A stretch of DNA of 64,000 nucleotides from Chloropicon primus (Eukaryota): the NCBI GenBank assembly GCA_023205875.1, contig CP060760.1, forward strand, positions 496,001-560,000. Reading direction: 5' to 3'. This document shows positions 30,722 through 42,039 of this stretch, piece after piece; position 1 is the first letter of the stretch, and the number at the start of each line of letters is the position of its first letter. The position numbers were made by a program, and so were the translations under genes. The notes under the pieces were generated by a model, which was not told the DNA's origin, searched no databases, and worked only from the letters and a program-made list of their open reading frames with translations.

Positions 30722-31711
30722 TCAAATTTCCAAGTGGATGTTGACCCTCTTCAGCTGGTCGAACCCGAGCACGAGCGTCTTCCCCGACTTGAAAATCTTG
30801 TTCCACGTCTTGCGCCCGAACGCGTTTTCATTCCTCTTGCTCTTGAAGGGTGCAAGCTCGACTTCGCCTTTGTCGAGGTCTACCCTTCTCGTCGTCATGA
30901 CCACTCTGAGCGTGCTGTGCATGTCGTTCTTGCTCTTCTTCACCTCGACGCCCTCGAGAACGAACGAGTCTTTGGGCATCTCCACGCAGAGGGGCAGCTC
31001 CGAGAACCGGTCGAGGTCACCCGGAATTCGAAGCTCCCTCTCTGCCCCCGGGGAAGAGACCTCGATCTCTATGTCGTCCGAGACGTCTTCGCCGAGGTCC
31101 TCCGCGAGCGCCTCGCCGTACGCCCTGCTGAAGAGCCCAATATCGTCAAGAGTCGGGGAGCCGAACTTGTTGTCCAACTTGTCGATCCGGATGTAAACCT
31201 TGCCTCGAGACGCTTCGAAACCGAAGGAGAAGATGTCCAGCTGCAAGCCGCCGCCCTCTCTTAGTCTCGAAATGGCTCTCTCCGCAGACTCGAACGCTTT
31301 GGTCCCCACGTCGTTCGAGCCCGTCAGCACGGCCCCGGGCTTGTCCAACTCCTTCAGTTTGAAATGGCCTTTCGCTCCTTCCTCCTCCTCAAGCAGCCAG
31401 TCCGCCTCCGCCTCGTCCGATCCTCCCAGCGATGAACAGGCGAAGGTATGCCGCGACAACGCCCGACGCACGTGCGGTGAGGCCGAGGAACTCCCCCAAA
31501 ACCCGTGTTGACCCGAACCAACCGCCTTCCTGGATTTGCTCCACAACACTGCCACCGCCGTTTTCCTGGAACTCCCGAGACGAAAGCGCCGGACGTCTCC
31601 ACCATCACAGCACGAAAACGTACCTACACTCGTCCCGGTTCCACGCTCCCGACCCCTCGTGCACCCCTTGGCCTTGCTGAGCAACATGCGGCTCGTCCTC
31701 GTGGCCCTCAT
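30722..31711 (-). CDS. Plastid RimP-like ribosome maturation factor
   Basis: VYIRIDKLDNKFGSPTLDDI and IEVSSPGAERELR; long transit-like N-terminus. Confidence 0.8.
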   Translation of the reverse strand: MRATRTSRMLLSKAKGCTRGRERGTGTSVGTFSCCDGGDVRRFRLGSSRKTAVAVLWSKSRKAVGSGQHGFWGSSSASPHVRRALSRHTFACSSLGGSDEAEADWLLEEEEGAKGHFKLKELDKPGAVLTGSNDVGTKAFESAERAISRLREGGGLQLDIFSFGFEASRGKVYIRIDKLDNKFGSPTLDDIGLFSRAYGEALAEDLGEDVSDDIEIEVSSPGAERELRIPGDLDRFSELPLCVEMPKDSFVLEGVEVKKSKNDMHSTLRVVMTTRRVDLDKGEVELAPFKSKRNENAFGRKTWNKIFKSGKTLVLGFDQLKRVNIHLEI

Positions 31712-32291
31712 CCTTCCTGCAACCGAGGCCTCCAAATCTCCAAATCCCAACTCTTCGATGCAAAAATTGGACGAAACCCATAAATTTTGGTACCTCCCGA
31801 AAGCTGGAGAGACGCTCTTTCGTCTTCACCTCCTTTTGCCGTAATCCTCAAGCCGTGGCGTCGTCAATCCTCCCTCCCGTCTTCGTCGACCGAGCCTTCC
31901 TTCGTCCTTCCCCTATTTCATTTTTTGAATTTCATTTTTGAAACTTCTGCAGATGACAGAACTGCCTCAGCGTTGCTGGAGGGGATCCCAATCTTGCGCA
32001 CAAGCTTGCCTGACACCTCCTCCGGGGCGTTGTTCGACACCTTTCCCGGTTCAGAGGACCACCGGGACTCCAAGGTGTCAACTTGGGCGCCAGCCAAGGC
32101 CTCGGAGAACATCTTGGGCGCCAGGGCTGGAAGGCTGGCTTTGCAGAGGGGCACCAGGAGGTTGTCCAGAAGGTTTTCAGGAGGTTTGCTCCTTTCGCTT
32201 GACCTTTCATCACAGCGGGTTCACAGAGGGTTTTGCTGGGCTTGTGGTGGCGTGCGAGCGTGCGTGTGTGCCGGACGAAGCGGTGAAGAAG

Positions 32292-33686
32292 ATGGAGAGG
32301 GAGAAGAGGTACCTGGCGTACAAGTCGTACAACCCCTCGAGGGTCATACGTTTTGGCACGACCATGCACAACTGCCTGGCTTTCAACGTGCTGAAGAGCA
32401 GGCAGTGGCAAGAGACGCAGATGGACGATTGGGACATATTTTACGCGGACACCGGTTGGATCCACGAGAACTTGCCGTACTCCGGCTTCGCGAGCGGTGG
32501 CCTTCGGTTAAACGAGTGGCAGAAGGTGAACCACTTCCCGAACCACGTGGAGCTGACGCGCAAGGACTTGATGGTGAAGAACCTCAAGCGCATGAAGAAG
32601 AACTTGGAGAAGGAGGGGCGCCTGGAGGATGCGAAGGAGCTCGATTTCTTCCCACAGACGTACCACATGCCTTCGGAGGCCTCCCTGTTCATCCGGAAGT
32701 TCAAGGAGCTGAGGCAGAACGGAGAGAACCAGACTTGGATCATGAAGCCCATCGGCAGGGCCCAGGGCAAAGGAATCTTCCTGGTCAACAAGCTCAGCCA
32801 GATCGAAGCTTGGCTCAAGGAGAGGGGCAGCCAGAAGGCGGAGAACTGCTGCTACGAGGACTACGTGTGCCAGCGGTACATCTCTGACCCCATGCTGATC
32901 TGTGGCAGGAAGTTCGATCTCAGGATCTACGCCCTGTGCCTGTCTTACGTGCCCCTGAAAGTTTACTTGTACAGGGACGGCTTTGCCCGGTTCTCGAACA
33001 CCAGGTTCAGCATGAACAAGGACGACTTGTCCAACAACTACATTCATTTGACGAATCACTCGATTCAAAAGCAGGACGCGAGCTACAACTCCAAGGTCAC
33101 GGACTTGAAGTGGCCCATAGGAAGCCTGAGGAAGCACATGTCCGCTACGTACGGCCCGGACGTGGCCAACAAGGTCTTCGATGACCTGCAGCAGCTCATC
33201 ATCAACTCCCTCCTTTCGGTGCAGAAGGTCATCATCAACGACAGGCACTGTTTCGAGCTCTACGGGTACGACGTCATGTTCAGCGAGGACCTCAAGCCCT
33301 GGCTGATCGAGGTGAACGCCTCCCCGAGCATGTCTGCCGACACGGACTCGGACAGGAAGCTCAAGATGGGACTCCTCGATGACATGCTCAGCGTCATCGA
33401 CATCGAGCAGAAGTGGTCGTGCTTTGGAAAGACGCCGCCGAGGGTGGGCGGCTTCGACGTGATTTATGACGAGAACGGGCCCACGAAACCCCACAGCAAC
33501 TCGTCGATCCACTCCTTCTTGGGCTGCGCGAACGACAGGGAGAGGCAGCTGATGCAGCTGCAGAAGGAGTGGGAGTCCTGCAACGCAAAGGTGATGTCCG
33601 GAGCCGTGTCTCAAGAGAACCTCGACCATTACGTGAACGTCTCGAAAACCACGAGCAAGAGCTTGCACTCTTCTGCGTTCAGGTGA
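32292..33686 (+). CDS. TTLL9: Tubulin polyglutamylase, TTLL9/TTLL1 family
   Basis: KVNHFPNHVELTRKDLMVKNLKR, WIMKP...QGKGIFL, QRYI..P.LI.GRKFDLR, CFELYGYD, PWLIEVNASPS; exact start uncertain. Confidence 0.85.
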   Translation: MEREKRYLAYKSYNPSRVIRFGTTMHNCLAFNVLKSRQWQETQMDDWDIFYADTGWIHENLPYSGFASGGLRLNEWQKVNHFPNHVELTRKDLMVKNLKRMKKNLEKEGRLEDAKELDFFPQTYHMPSEASLFIRKFKELRQNGENQTWIMKPIGRAQGKGIFLVNKLSQIEAWLKERGSQKAENCCYEDYVCQRYISDPMLICGRKFDLRIYALCLSYVPLKVYLYRDGFARFSNTRFSMNKDDLSNNYIHLTNHSIQKQDASYNSKVTDLKWPIGSLRKHMSATYGPDVANKVFDDLQQLIINSLLSVQKVIINDRHCFELYGYDVMFSEDLKPWLIEVNASPSMSADTDSDRKLKMGLLDDMLSVIDIEQKWSCFGKTPPRVGGFDVIYDENGPTKPHSNSSIHSFLGCANDRERQLMQLQKEWESCNAKVMSGAVSQENLDHYVNVSKTTSKSLHSSAFR

Positions 33687-33918
33687 AGAGCCCGGCACGT
33701 ATGAATATACAAAAAAGGAGAAGAAAAAGGAAAAGAGGTGGGGCGACTGGATGACCAAGCCGTGCGACAATGTAAGAAAGTAAGTTTGTCTTCAACGGTT
33801 TGCGTTTTTTTTGTATGTTTGTTTTACAAGTCGTCAGTCGTAGTGAACGAGCTAAAGTTATCATCAGAGAAACAAAAAGTGTGTGGTGCCAGTAGTGCCT
33901 CCACCAAGACCACCTCGG

Positions 33919-34620
33919 TTACTTTCTCAGGCCAATCTTGTGGTAGGTGCTATCGCAGGAGGTGCTGCAAGCGCCCTTGCACTTCCTTCCCACCTGGGGC
34001 TTCTGTCCGCCCTCAGCAACGCGCAGGATGGGGTCCCTCTTCGTCCTGGTCCCCAATGCGAGCTCAGCAGTCTTGCTGAACGCTCCCTTGCTCTCCGTCG
34101 TGTACGACTTGTCCTGGCTCGTGGACTTCCCAGCCGTCTTCGTCATGGTCAGCGAGTTCTCTCTGTTTCCGGTCATAGGCACCGCCCTGTCCAAGGCCTT
34201 GGAACCGGTCCAGATGCACTCGTTCACCTTCTTGGACTCGGGCTGCTTGAATATCTTCGCAGGGTTGTTGTACGCCAGCTCGTTCAGGGTCACGAAGTAA
34301 GAGCTGTGGAGCCCAGGACCGTGCTTGAACAAATTCTCCTGGGACACGGGCTGAACCCACCCCGCCACGTCCTTCCTCTCCGGTATGATGTCCTCCCCCA
34401 ACTTGCCCTCTGAAGTGAACGACGCCTTCATCGTCGTCGAGCTCCCGTACTCGGAAAAAGGTATGTGCTTGCCATACATGCTCTTCCCCCCTTGGGTATC
34501 CTCCTTGGCTTGGAAATCCTCCACCCAATTATCAATGCCCACTCCCAGCCTGTACTGGTTCTTGTGCCCGCTCAAACCGATGCCAGAACCACATCCTCGA
34601 CTCCAGCGTTGGAATTCCAT
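33919..34620 (-). CDS. Probable ciliary microtubule inner protein (CFAP107/CFAP68/CFAP95-like)
   Basis: YRLGVGIDNWVED resembles the Y..vLIGNW.EE motif; short STTMKASF and YTTESKGAF motifs. Confidence 0.5.
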   Translation of the reverse strand: MEFQRWSRGCGSGIGLSGHKNQYRLGVGIDNWVEDFQAKEDTQGGKSMYGKHIPFSEYGSSTTMKASFTSEGKLGEDIIPERKDVAGWVQPVSQENLFKHGPGLHSSYFVTLNELAYNNPAKIFKQPESKKVNECIWTGSKALDRAVPMTGNRENSLTMTKTAGKSTSQDKSYTTESKGAFSKTAELALGTRTKRDPILRVAEGGQKPQVGRKCKGACSTSCDSTYHKIGLRK

Positions 34621-35194
34621 CCCTGCTTGTGCCTCTTCAACGTCTTGCCTTGGCCTCTTCCCTTCCTCTGCCTTGCTTCGACCAATCCTACTTCCTCTTC
34701 CTCTTCCCCTAAACAAAAGTTTGGCAAAAGTCAAACTCGCTCGTTAATCATTCCCCGCAATTCGAGCCTGCTCTCGGGAGAGGAGGAAGAGGAGAGAGGA
34801 GAGTTGGAGGGGATCAGGGGGAGGAAAGGGGAAGGCGGCGACGGCGTGGCGAGGTACGGGAAGTGGGAGGGGTACGAAACGAAAGAGCGTCTTTTGGGCT
34901 TTCCGCTCGTACAAAACTCGAAGGGGTTGGGCCTCACGGAGGGAAGCCAGGAGGCGTTGGAAGAGGCGGAGCGCCAGAGGGCGAAGGGAAGAGGGGACAC
35001 ATTGGGTCGGTGGGTTCGAAGCGGTGATGGAAGGGGAGAAGGGGCGCGGACGGGTTCGATTGGTTGGTCACGGAATCGCTTAAGTTTCCACGGGGCAGAA
35101 CCGTCTCGACTTTGTCGTCGTCGTCGTTCGAGAGGAGAGGACAGGAGAGGACAGGAGATCACGACGAAAAAGTTGTTTGGGTTTGCGTGCGGAC

Positions 35195-36244
35195 ATGCAG
35201 GAAGCGGAGGCCTTTAAGAGGCTGTACCCCGAGGAGTACCTGGATCGATTCCTGGTCAAGGACATCAGGCCGGACGGGCGGGGGCTCAGGAGCACGAGGG
35301 AGATCTCCGTCCACGCCTCCCCGCTTTCCAGTGCTCCAGGCTCTGCAGTCGTGAGGATGGGGAACACGACCGTCATCACCTCGGTGGAACTGGGCTTGTT
35401 CGACTTGGGCGAGGAAAGGTAAGTGGCGGCGGGTGCGAGTGCGTGTGCGGTTTGTGTTTTTTTGTGCGCTCTTTTGTAAGCTTTCCTCTTTCTCCTCCTC
35501 TGACTTTTTGAATTCCTTCTTCCCTTTTGCCGTTTGGGCAGCGTCGCCGGGAGGCTGGAACACGAGCTCGACGTCGGGCCGCTCGGAACCACGCACAACA
35601 ACGGGAGCATCGCGAGGAACCGGCAGCAGACCTCGGCCGTCTCGGGGAGAGTTCGCCAGATCCTGTGCAGGTCGATCGACCTGGGGTCCCTGAAGCTCTC
35701 GGAGCCCGGGGAGGAGGCCTCGCCTGGGGGCGGCAAGGCGTGGGCCCTGCACGTCAAGTCCGTCTGCCTCTCGCTGGACGGCTGCCTCTTCGACGCCACC
35801 CTGGCCTCGGCCGTGGCCGCGCTCGCCACCCTGCGGTTTCCTCGCAGGCTGGAGCAGCTGGGAGAGGACGCCGCCGGGGAGGACGGCGGGCGGCCCGAAG
35901 GGGACGGCGCGCTCCGATTCCTTTGGGTCCCCGCGTGCACCGCCGTGGCCCTCCACAAGGGCCGGCTCCTGGTGGACCCCACGGACTTCGAGGAGTCCCT
36001 GGCGAGCGCGGTGGTCGCCGTGGTCTGGGGGCGGAGGGCGGACTCCCCCGGCGGCGAGGAGCCGGAGGTCCTGGCCCTGGAGCTGGGCTCCGAGGGCCAG
36101 AGGGCCTCGGTGGACGCCCAGCTCGTCCGCAGGTGCCTCGGGGTCTGCGGCGGGAGGGGAACCTCCCAGAGGCTGGCCGCCCTCGCGAGTCTTCTCGTGG
36201 AGGACATCGATGGAGGCGAGGCGGACGGGATGATGGAGGCGTGA
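35195..36244 (+). CDS. RRP43: Exosome component RRP43 (RNase PH-like), 2 exons
   Basis: EAFKRLYPEEYLDRFL..DIRPDGR, GSAVVRMGNTTV, CLSLDGCLFDA, LVDPT.FEE; exons 35195-35418 and 35542-36244. Confidence 0.9.
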
Positions 36245-36903
36245 AGAAGAAGAAGAAGAGGGGCAGGGGGAGGCACACACAGAGAGAGAGAGAGACTGTG
36301 GGCTTCGGCTGGCTCGTTTGTATGGGACCACGCATCAATTGTTATTTGTACATTATTCATTGTTGTCTGCTTGCTTGCTTGCTTGTTGTAGTTGGGCAGA
36401 CGTTACTTTCTCTCCGAAGTTTTTTTTTTGCTGGCGGAACAGCTGTCCGTCTCTGGAGGCTCTGGGAGGGTGGAGAAGGGAATGCTGGACGCGGGAAGCG
36501 AGCGAGTGAGAGAGATCAATCACCTTCCTTGACAATGAATTTCATTTCATTTCACCACGAGGCTTGCACCGACCTTGGTCCCGGCCGGAGGGTGGCCATC
36601 GTGTGCACAGCTTTCGGAGACAGACAGTGGAATCCCAGGGGGGGAGATGGGGCACAGGAGGATCTTATCTCTTGACCCCAGAATCTTTGGAGACGGGAGG
36701 CCCCAAAGAAGGCGGTGCAGTCCAAAGGCCCCCCAAAAGGACGTTATTGGGTCTGTCTCCTCCTCCTCCTCCGGGGGTGCGGAGATGGAGACGAGCCCGT
36801 CGAGGATCCTTCGGAGACCGAGGCGAGGATTGAATGGCGAGGATTGAATTCAATCCAAGTCATTCTTCCAGAGACCTTCAATTCAGGAAGCTTTTGTAAG
36901 TTG

Positions 36904-36942
36904 AACGTCTTTTGTATAAACGTCTTTTATATAAACGTCTTT
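36904..36942 (+). promoter_or_regulatory. Triplicated 15-bp element containing a TATA-like TATATAAA
   Basis: AACGTCTTTT(G/A)TATA at 36904 and 36919, partial copy at 36934; perfect 16-bp palindrome GGATTGAATTCAATCC at 36841-36856; promoter role is inferred. Confidence 0.45.
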
Positions 36943-38257
36943 CGCGGAACCACTTTTTTGTCTTCATCGTGTGTTCTCTACAAGCGGAGCAGAGGAGGAA
37001 AGGCGCGAAAGGGTCGAGCGACGGGTGGCTAGCGAGGAGCGATCAGAGAGGAGGCGCAGGCGAGAGCGATCCACAGGTGCGGAGAGGGAGGGTCAAACGA
37101 TGCCCTCGAGTTCGGAGACGGACGGGAGGACGGGATTCTCTCGCCCTCCGATGCTTTTTCTTCGTTTTCTTCGTTTTCTTCGTTTGCGTCTCCTCGCCTC
37201 CTTGGTTTTTTTTCGCGGGAAACCTCGATCTGACTCTGGGTCCTTCCCCTCTTCTGTTTTGTAGGAAGGCAGCGAGCAACAAGCGAATCTTACGTCGGAC
37301 CTTACGTCAGGAGGAAAAGAAGGTACGAGGCGCCGAACATCTCCCTCGTCGTCAAAACCCGGGGCGAGGAATTGCGTTAATCGAAGCCGAGACGGGTTGG
37401 GCGAGATTCCCTTCCCTCTCTCGCCGTCGAGGCCGAGCCGTCGCCCTCCTCCGCCTTCCGCTAATGCAGCCTCCTCCTCTCGTTCTTCCTTGCTTCCTTC
37501 CTTCTTTGCTTGCTTTTTTTCTCCACTATCTACAATCCATCCCACCCAGTTTAGCCTTTGGTTTTGCCTTGGCTTGGGTTTGGGTTTGGGTTTGGGGGGT
37601 TTTGGTGGGCTGTGCACCGCCCGATCGACTTGCACCTGGTTTGAACAGTGCAGGTACCTCCCCTCTCCAGCCGAAGAGGAGTGCGCGGGTTTGGGTTGGT
37701 GGAATTTTTTTCGGCTCTGCTCTGCTTTGGCGGTTCTGTGTTGCAGATCTTCACAGGCTGTACCCTGTCAGGATTGTGATCCATTCACTTGAGCGAACGC
37801 AGCGAACGAAAGCGAACCATCGAGGAGACAAAAACCAAGACGACGACGACGACAAGGTCGACGACGAAGTTCGACCGAGAACTACACGACCCAAGAGGTG
37901 AGTCGAGTCGACGGCGCTCGGAGAGTCCCTCGCGCGACTCGACGGCGCCCGCACCTCATTCGCCGTCTTGTTCTAACCCCCCTTTCTCTCTCTCTCTCTT
38001 GACCCTTGGCCACGCCAAAAAAATGACCTAGGACTTGGAACATTGCGAGGAAAGGGAGCGTTCAACTCGCTTTCAACGACGACAGCAAAGCTGAAGGTTT
38101 CTAGCCAGGACACGATCGACCCACTAGCCGATAGCGGGTTTCGCATTCCGTGACACGACGTAGTTTCGTACAATCCCCCAGATTTTTTTTCCGCGACTCG
38201 CTTTTGCGCGGGCTGCACCCAGTTTACCAGTACTTGGAAGATCGAGATCAATCAATC

Positions 38258-39693
38258 ATGGCCACCTTTGAGAAGATGCCAACCAGCAGCATGCCTAACG
38301 CTGGCAAGGACCCACTCTGCCCAAAGTTCAAGAAGTTGAAGGAGGAGGAGAGGGCCTCCAAGGCGAGGCCACTGCTCGGCAGCAAGGAGGCTGGCAAGCG
38401 CGTGGTCGGCAATGGGAAGCGTGTGGCGAACTTCTGCGCCGGTCCAGCTGCCGTGAGCGACCAGGTCATGCTCAACTTGCAGCACGAGTTGCTCTCCTAC
38501 GAGTCCTCTGGAATGGTAAGCTTGCAAGACGAACGAACCCCAACCCCAAAACTCGGCGCCGGGGTTTTTCTTCGTGATCTTTTGGTCCGCAGCTCGCTGA
38601 CTTTCGTGACTCTCCTCTCCCCACCACCACAACTTCCCCTTCCTTCCTCCTTCCGCAGGGCTTGATCGAGCACAGCCACAGAGACGTTGGCGGCCCGGTC
38701 CAGACCTGCATGCAGAACGTGTGCGACTTGCTCCGCGAGGTGCTCGACATCCCGGACAACTACCACGTGCTCCTCATGCAGGGCGGTGCCCACGGCCAGT
38801 TCGCCGCGCTTCCTCTCAACTTGCTTGGGAACAAGAAGAAAGCTGCCTACGTGGACGGGGGCTTCTGGTCCCACAGGTCCGCCGGCGAGGCCAAGAAGTA
38901 CTGCGAGGTCGAGATGATCGAGCCGTTCACCAAGAACAAGGACGGCAAGCTGGTGTACCCGGAGCCCTCCTCCTGGAAGATCGACCCGGAGTGGGCCTAC
39001 ATCCACATCTGCGCCAACGAGACCATCAACGGCTTGGAGTTCATCAAGGACCCCGCCGTCGGCACCGTGGACGTTCCTCTGGTCGGCGACTTCACCTCGA
39101 CCCTCCTGTCCAGGCCAGTCGACGTGAGCAAGTACGGCGTGATCTACGCGAGCGGCGGAAAGAACTTGGGCCCATCCGGACACATCGTGGTGATCGTCAA
39201 CGACGCCCTCCTCGGAAGGGAGCTCCCAATCTGCCCGTCCATCCTGAGCTACTCCAAGGCGGCGAACACCCAGCCGATCCCAAACTTGTGGTACACCCCA
39301 AACGTCTTCGCCTGCAGGGCCTTGAACTTCGTTCTCAACGAGGTCTCCCACAGCGGGGGCATCCAGACCTGCAAGGCGAACACCAACAGGAAGGCGTACA
39401 AGATCTACAAGGAGGTTGACTTGTCCGATGGCTTCTACGTCAACAACGTTGCGGCCGAGTACCGATCCCAGGTCACCATTCCTTTCAACATCTTCGACAA
39501 GAGTGGCAAGTCCAGGCCAGACTTGGAGAAGTTGTTCTGCAAGGAGGCCGAGAAGTGCAACCTCCACCAGCTCGCGGGGCACCACACCTGCGGCGGTTTG
39601 CGCGTCTGCATCTACAACTCGGTTCCAGACTGTGCCGTGGACATTTTCGTTGAATTCATGGAAATGTTCAGAAAGAAGTATGCAAACAAGTGA
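38258..39693 (+). CDS. serC: Phosphoserine aminotransferase-family (class V PLP) enzyme, divergent, 2 exons
   Basis: NFCAGPA, EHSHR, LMQGGAHGQF, CANETINGLEF, D(F)TS.LLSRP.DVSKYG, KNLGPSG; exons 38258-38515 and 38659-39693. Confidence 0.9.
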
Positions 39694-40136
39694 GCACAAC
39701 TACGCCACGAAAACGCCTGCCACCTGATACACACACGCGCGCACACTGCAAGCACGGACTCAAAACCAAGCGTCGTGGATACGCAAGATGGGTGGCAACA
39801 AAACAAAACAACAACCTTGCTCCTGAGGCACTCGAGAAACTTGAAGAAACTGAAGTGCCCTTTGTAAATTCATATTTGCCCTTAGTGTTCTGGCAAAAGA
39901 AACGATGATAACACACTTATAACATAGTAATATATATCATGTTACCAAACGAAGGACGAAGAAGAAGGAGGCTTGGCTTGGGTGTGATCTCGCACACAAA
40001 GAGCTTGGCTTGGAACGTTCCCCAACGTCATCGTGTTACATGTGATTGCTGTGGGAGGCCATCCAATGGCATGGATGAAAAAAGAAAGGTTTAGATTTTT
40101 CTTGCGGAGGGGGTCTACGAGCCCCTCCGGTTCTGC

Positions 40137-41321
40137 CTACATGTCCGTCAGAAGCTCACCCGTGTACTGGTTGAGAAAGAACTTCTCCCCCGTGGCAGTT
40201 CTGCATTCTGACCAGAACCGGTTGGCGGCCAACGCAGCAGTCGCGGCGACCTTGAAGCTGGGCTTCATGTTCGGAAACCCTGGCATGTACACGCTCCCCG
40301 GCAGGGCTGCTGCTGCCGGAAGGGGGCTGAAGTACGGCTGGGGGACGAGGCCGGGCACGGGAAGGGGTCCCCCCTGCCCGTACAGGGGCGACGACTGGTC
40401 GAAGAGCCCGGGCGACCCCGAGGCGATCGCCCCATAGTCCCCGAGGTCCGCCAGCGGGGGCGGGGGCGGGGGCGAGAGGGGGGACCCCAAGTAGTGGTGG
40501 TTCGGGTTCCTCCACGCGCGGCGCCCGGGGCGCTTCTCCCTGAAGTCCGGGCTCTCGTTGAGCTTGTTGGCGGTCTCGCACGCTATTTTGTTGACTGTGG
40601 TCTTGTACACGTTCTTCTTGTTCAGCTCGGGGGGGCCGTAGTTGATCACCTCCCTGACCACCTTCTCGGCCTCGTCGATCATGCTGGGGTGCCCGGACAG
40701 CTTCACCCTCCTGGGCTGGCCCTCCGGGAGGTTCTGGTCGATCTGGATGGACACCCCCGTGGTCTGCTCGAGCCTCTTGATGGTGGACCCCCTCTTCCCG
40801 ATGAGCCGGCCCACGAACCTCTGCGGGCAGTCCAGCTCGACGCTCACCTTCTCGTGCGGGGTGGCCGGGTAATCAAAGTTGTACTCGGACGCCTCCTCCT
40901 CCTCCTCGACGTCGCCGCCGTCCAGGTTCAAGCGGAGCTGGCGGGGCTTCCCGGAGAAGTTGGAGCAGCTCGAGTTCGCCCCCGACGTGAGGGCCGAGCC
41001 AGCGGTGCTGGTGCTGGAGCTCACGTCGTGGAGCTTGGCCTCCACGAAGACGTACGGCCCGTGCAGCACGGTGCAGCCGTTCTCGCTGTCGCTCTTGCAC
41101 TCCTGCTGCGAGACGTCCACGCACTTGAGCTCCAGGGCCACGAGGAGGGAGGACTTCTCCTTGACAGGCCCCCCGCTGCTCGCCACCAAGTCCACCACCA
41201 CTGACACCGGCGTCGGTGGTGGGGCCGGCGCGACGCCGCCGTTTAGGTTTTTCCACGACGCGCAGGCCTCGCCCACAGGCCTCCCACTCACCGCGTCCTT
41301 GAAGCTCATCCCACTCGCCAT
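40137..41321 (-). CDS. KH-domain RNA-binding protein with C-terminal WW-like motif
   Basis: FVGRLIGKRGSTIKRLEQTTGVSIQID (GxxG loop); Pro-rich region; WSECRTATGEKFFLNQYTGE. Confidence 0.85.
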   Translation of the reverse strand: MASGMSFKDAVSGRPVGEACASWKNLNGGVAPAPPPTPVSVVVDLVASSGGPVKEKSSLLVALELKCVDVSQQECKSDSENGCTVLHGPYVFVEAKLHDVSSSTSTAGSALTSGANSSCSNFSGKPRQLRLNLDGGDVEEEEEASEYNFDYPATPHEKVSVELDCPQRFVGRLIGKRGSTIKRLEQTTGVSIQIDQNLPEGQPRRVKLSGHPSMIDEAEKVVREVINYGPPELNKKNVYKTTVNKIACETANKLNESPDFREKRPGRRAWRNPNHHYLGSPLSPPPPPPLADLGDYGAIASGSPGLFDQSSPLYGQGGPLPVPGLVPQPYFSPLPAAAALPGSVYMPGFPNMKPSFKVAATAALAANRFWSECRTATGEKFFLNQYTGELLTDM

Positions 41322-42039
41322 CGCGGACGAGGCACCAACCTCCTCGCGGCGAGAAAAAAGACCGTTGTCGTCGTAACCGCCGTAACGCCCGACCGGGGGG
41401 AGGCGGGGCGGAGGTTCAAGGTCAAGAGCCCCAAGCTTTCCTGTCCAAAAAAACAATCGCAACCCGCGACCACGCAAAGAAAGGCACACAAGCACGGCAA
41501 GCACAACAAGCAAGAGGCCAACGACACGGACCCTCCAGGTTGCGCTCTTCTCTCTCTCTCTCTGTCTCGTACGAGGGCAAGCCGCGATGGACTGACCCCT
41601 CAGCCTCAGCAGTGGATTGAGGTCCAGTTCACCACAGCAGAGGGGAGGTGCGTGGAAATATTACGAAATATTACGAAATATTATATATGAAGTTAATTGT
41701 ACAGAACTAAAACTAAGGCAAACTAAGAAATATCTCCTCATTCCTTTGGTCTCCACATTTGTTGACATGCTTGATGGGGACGAGGAGGGGAGAGAGAAAG
41801 AGAGGAGCTTTTGACCCAATCAATCCGAACATGTGCCGAGGAGGGACAATCCCAGCCCTCTCTGTTTGTCTCTCTGTGTCTTGTGTCTTCCCCCAATGTC
41901 TCTCTCCCCCCAACTCTCCCCCTCTCGCGCGCTCCTCCTCCTTGCCTTTCTTTTAGGATTCATTATTAGGATGATTCATGATTTGTTTTTCACCATTGTC
42001 TTCTTCTTCTTGTTCTTCTTCTTCTTGTTGTTGTTGTTC

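Noticed and set aside
36912..37901. 329-aa ORF in the SerC upstream region
   Set aside because: Non-ATG start, low-complexity translation, and it crosses apparent introns
24660..39693. Serine-pathway cluster (PSP domain plus SerC)
   Set aside because: About 12 kb apart with unrelated genes between, and the PSP-like domain belongs to a known glycerol-synthesis fusion
41656..41684. AAATATTACG tandem 10-mer
   Set aside because: Short AT-rich slippage duplication with no further support
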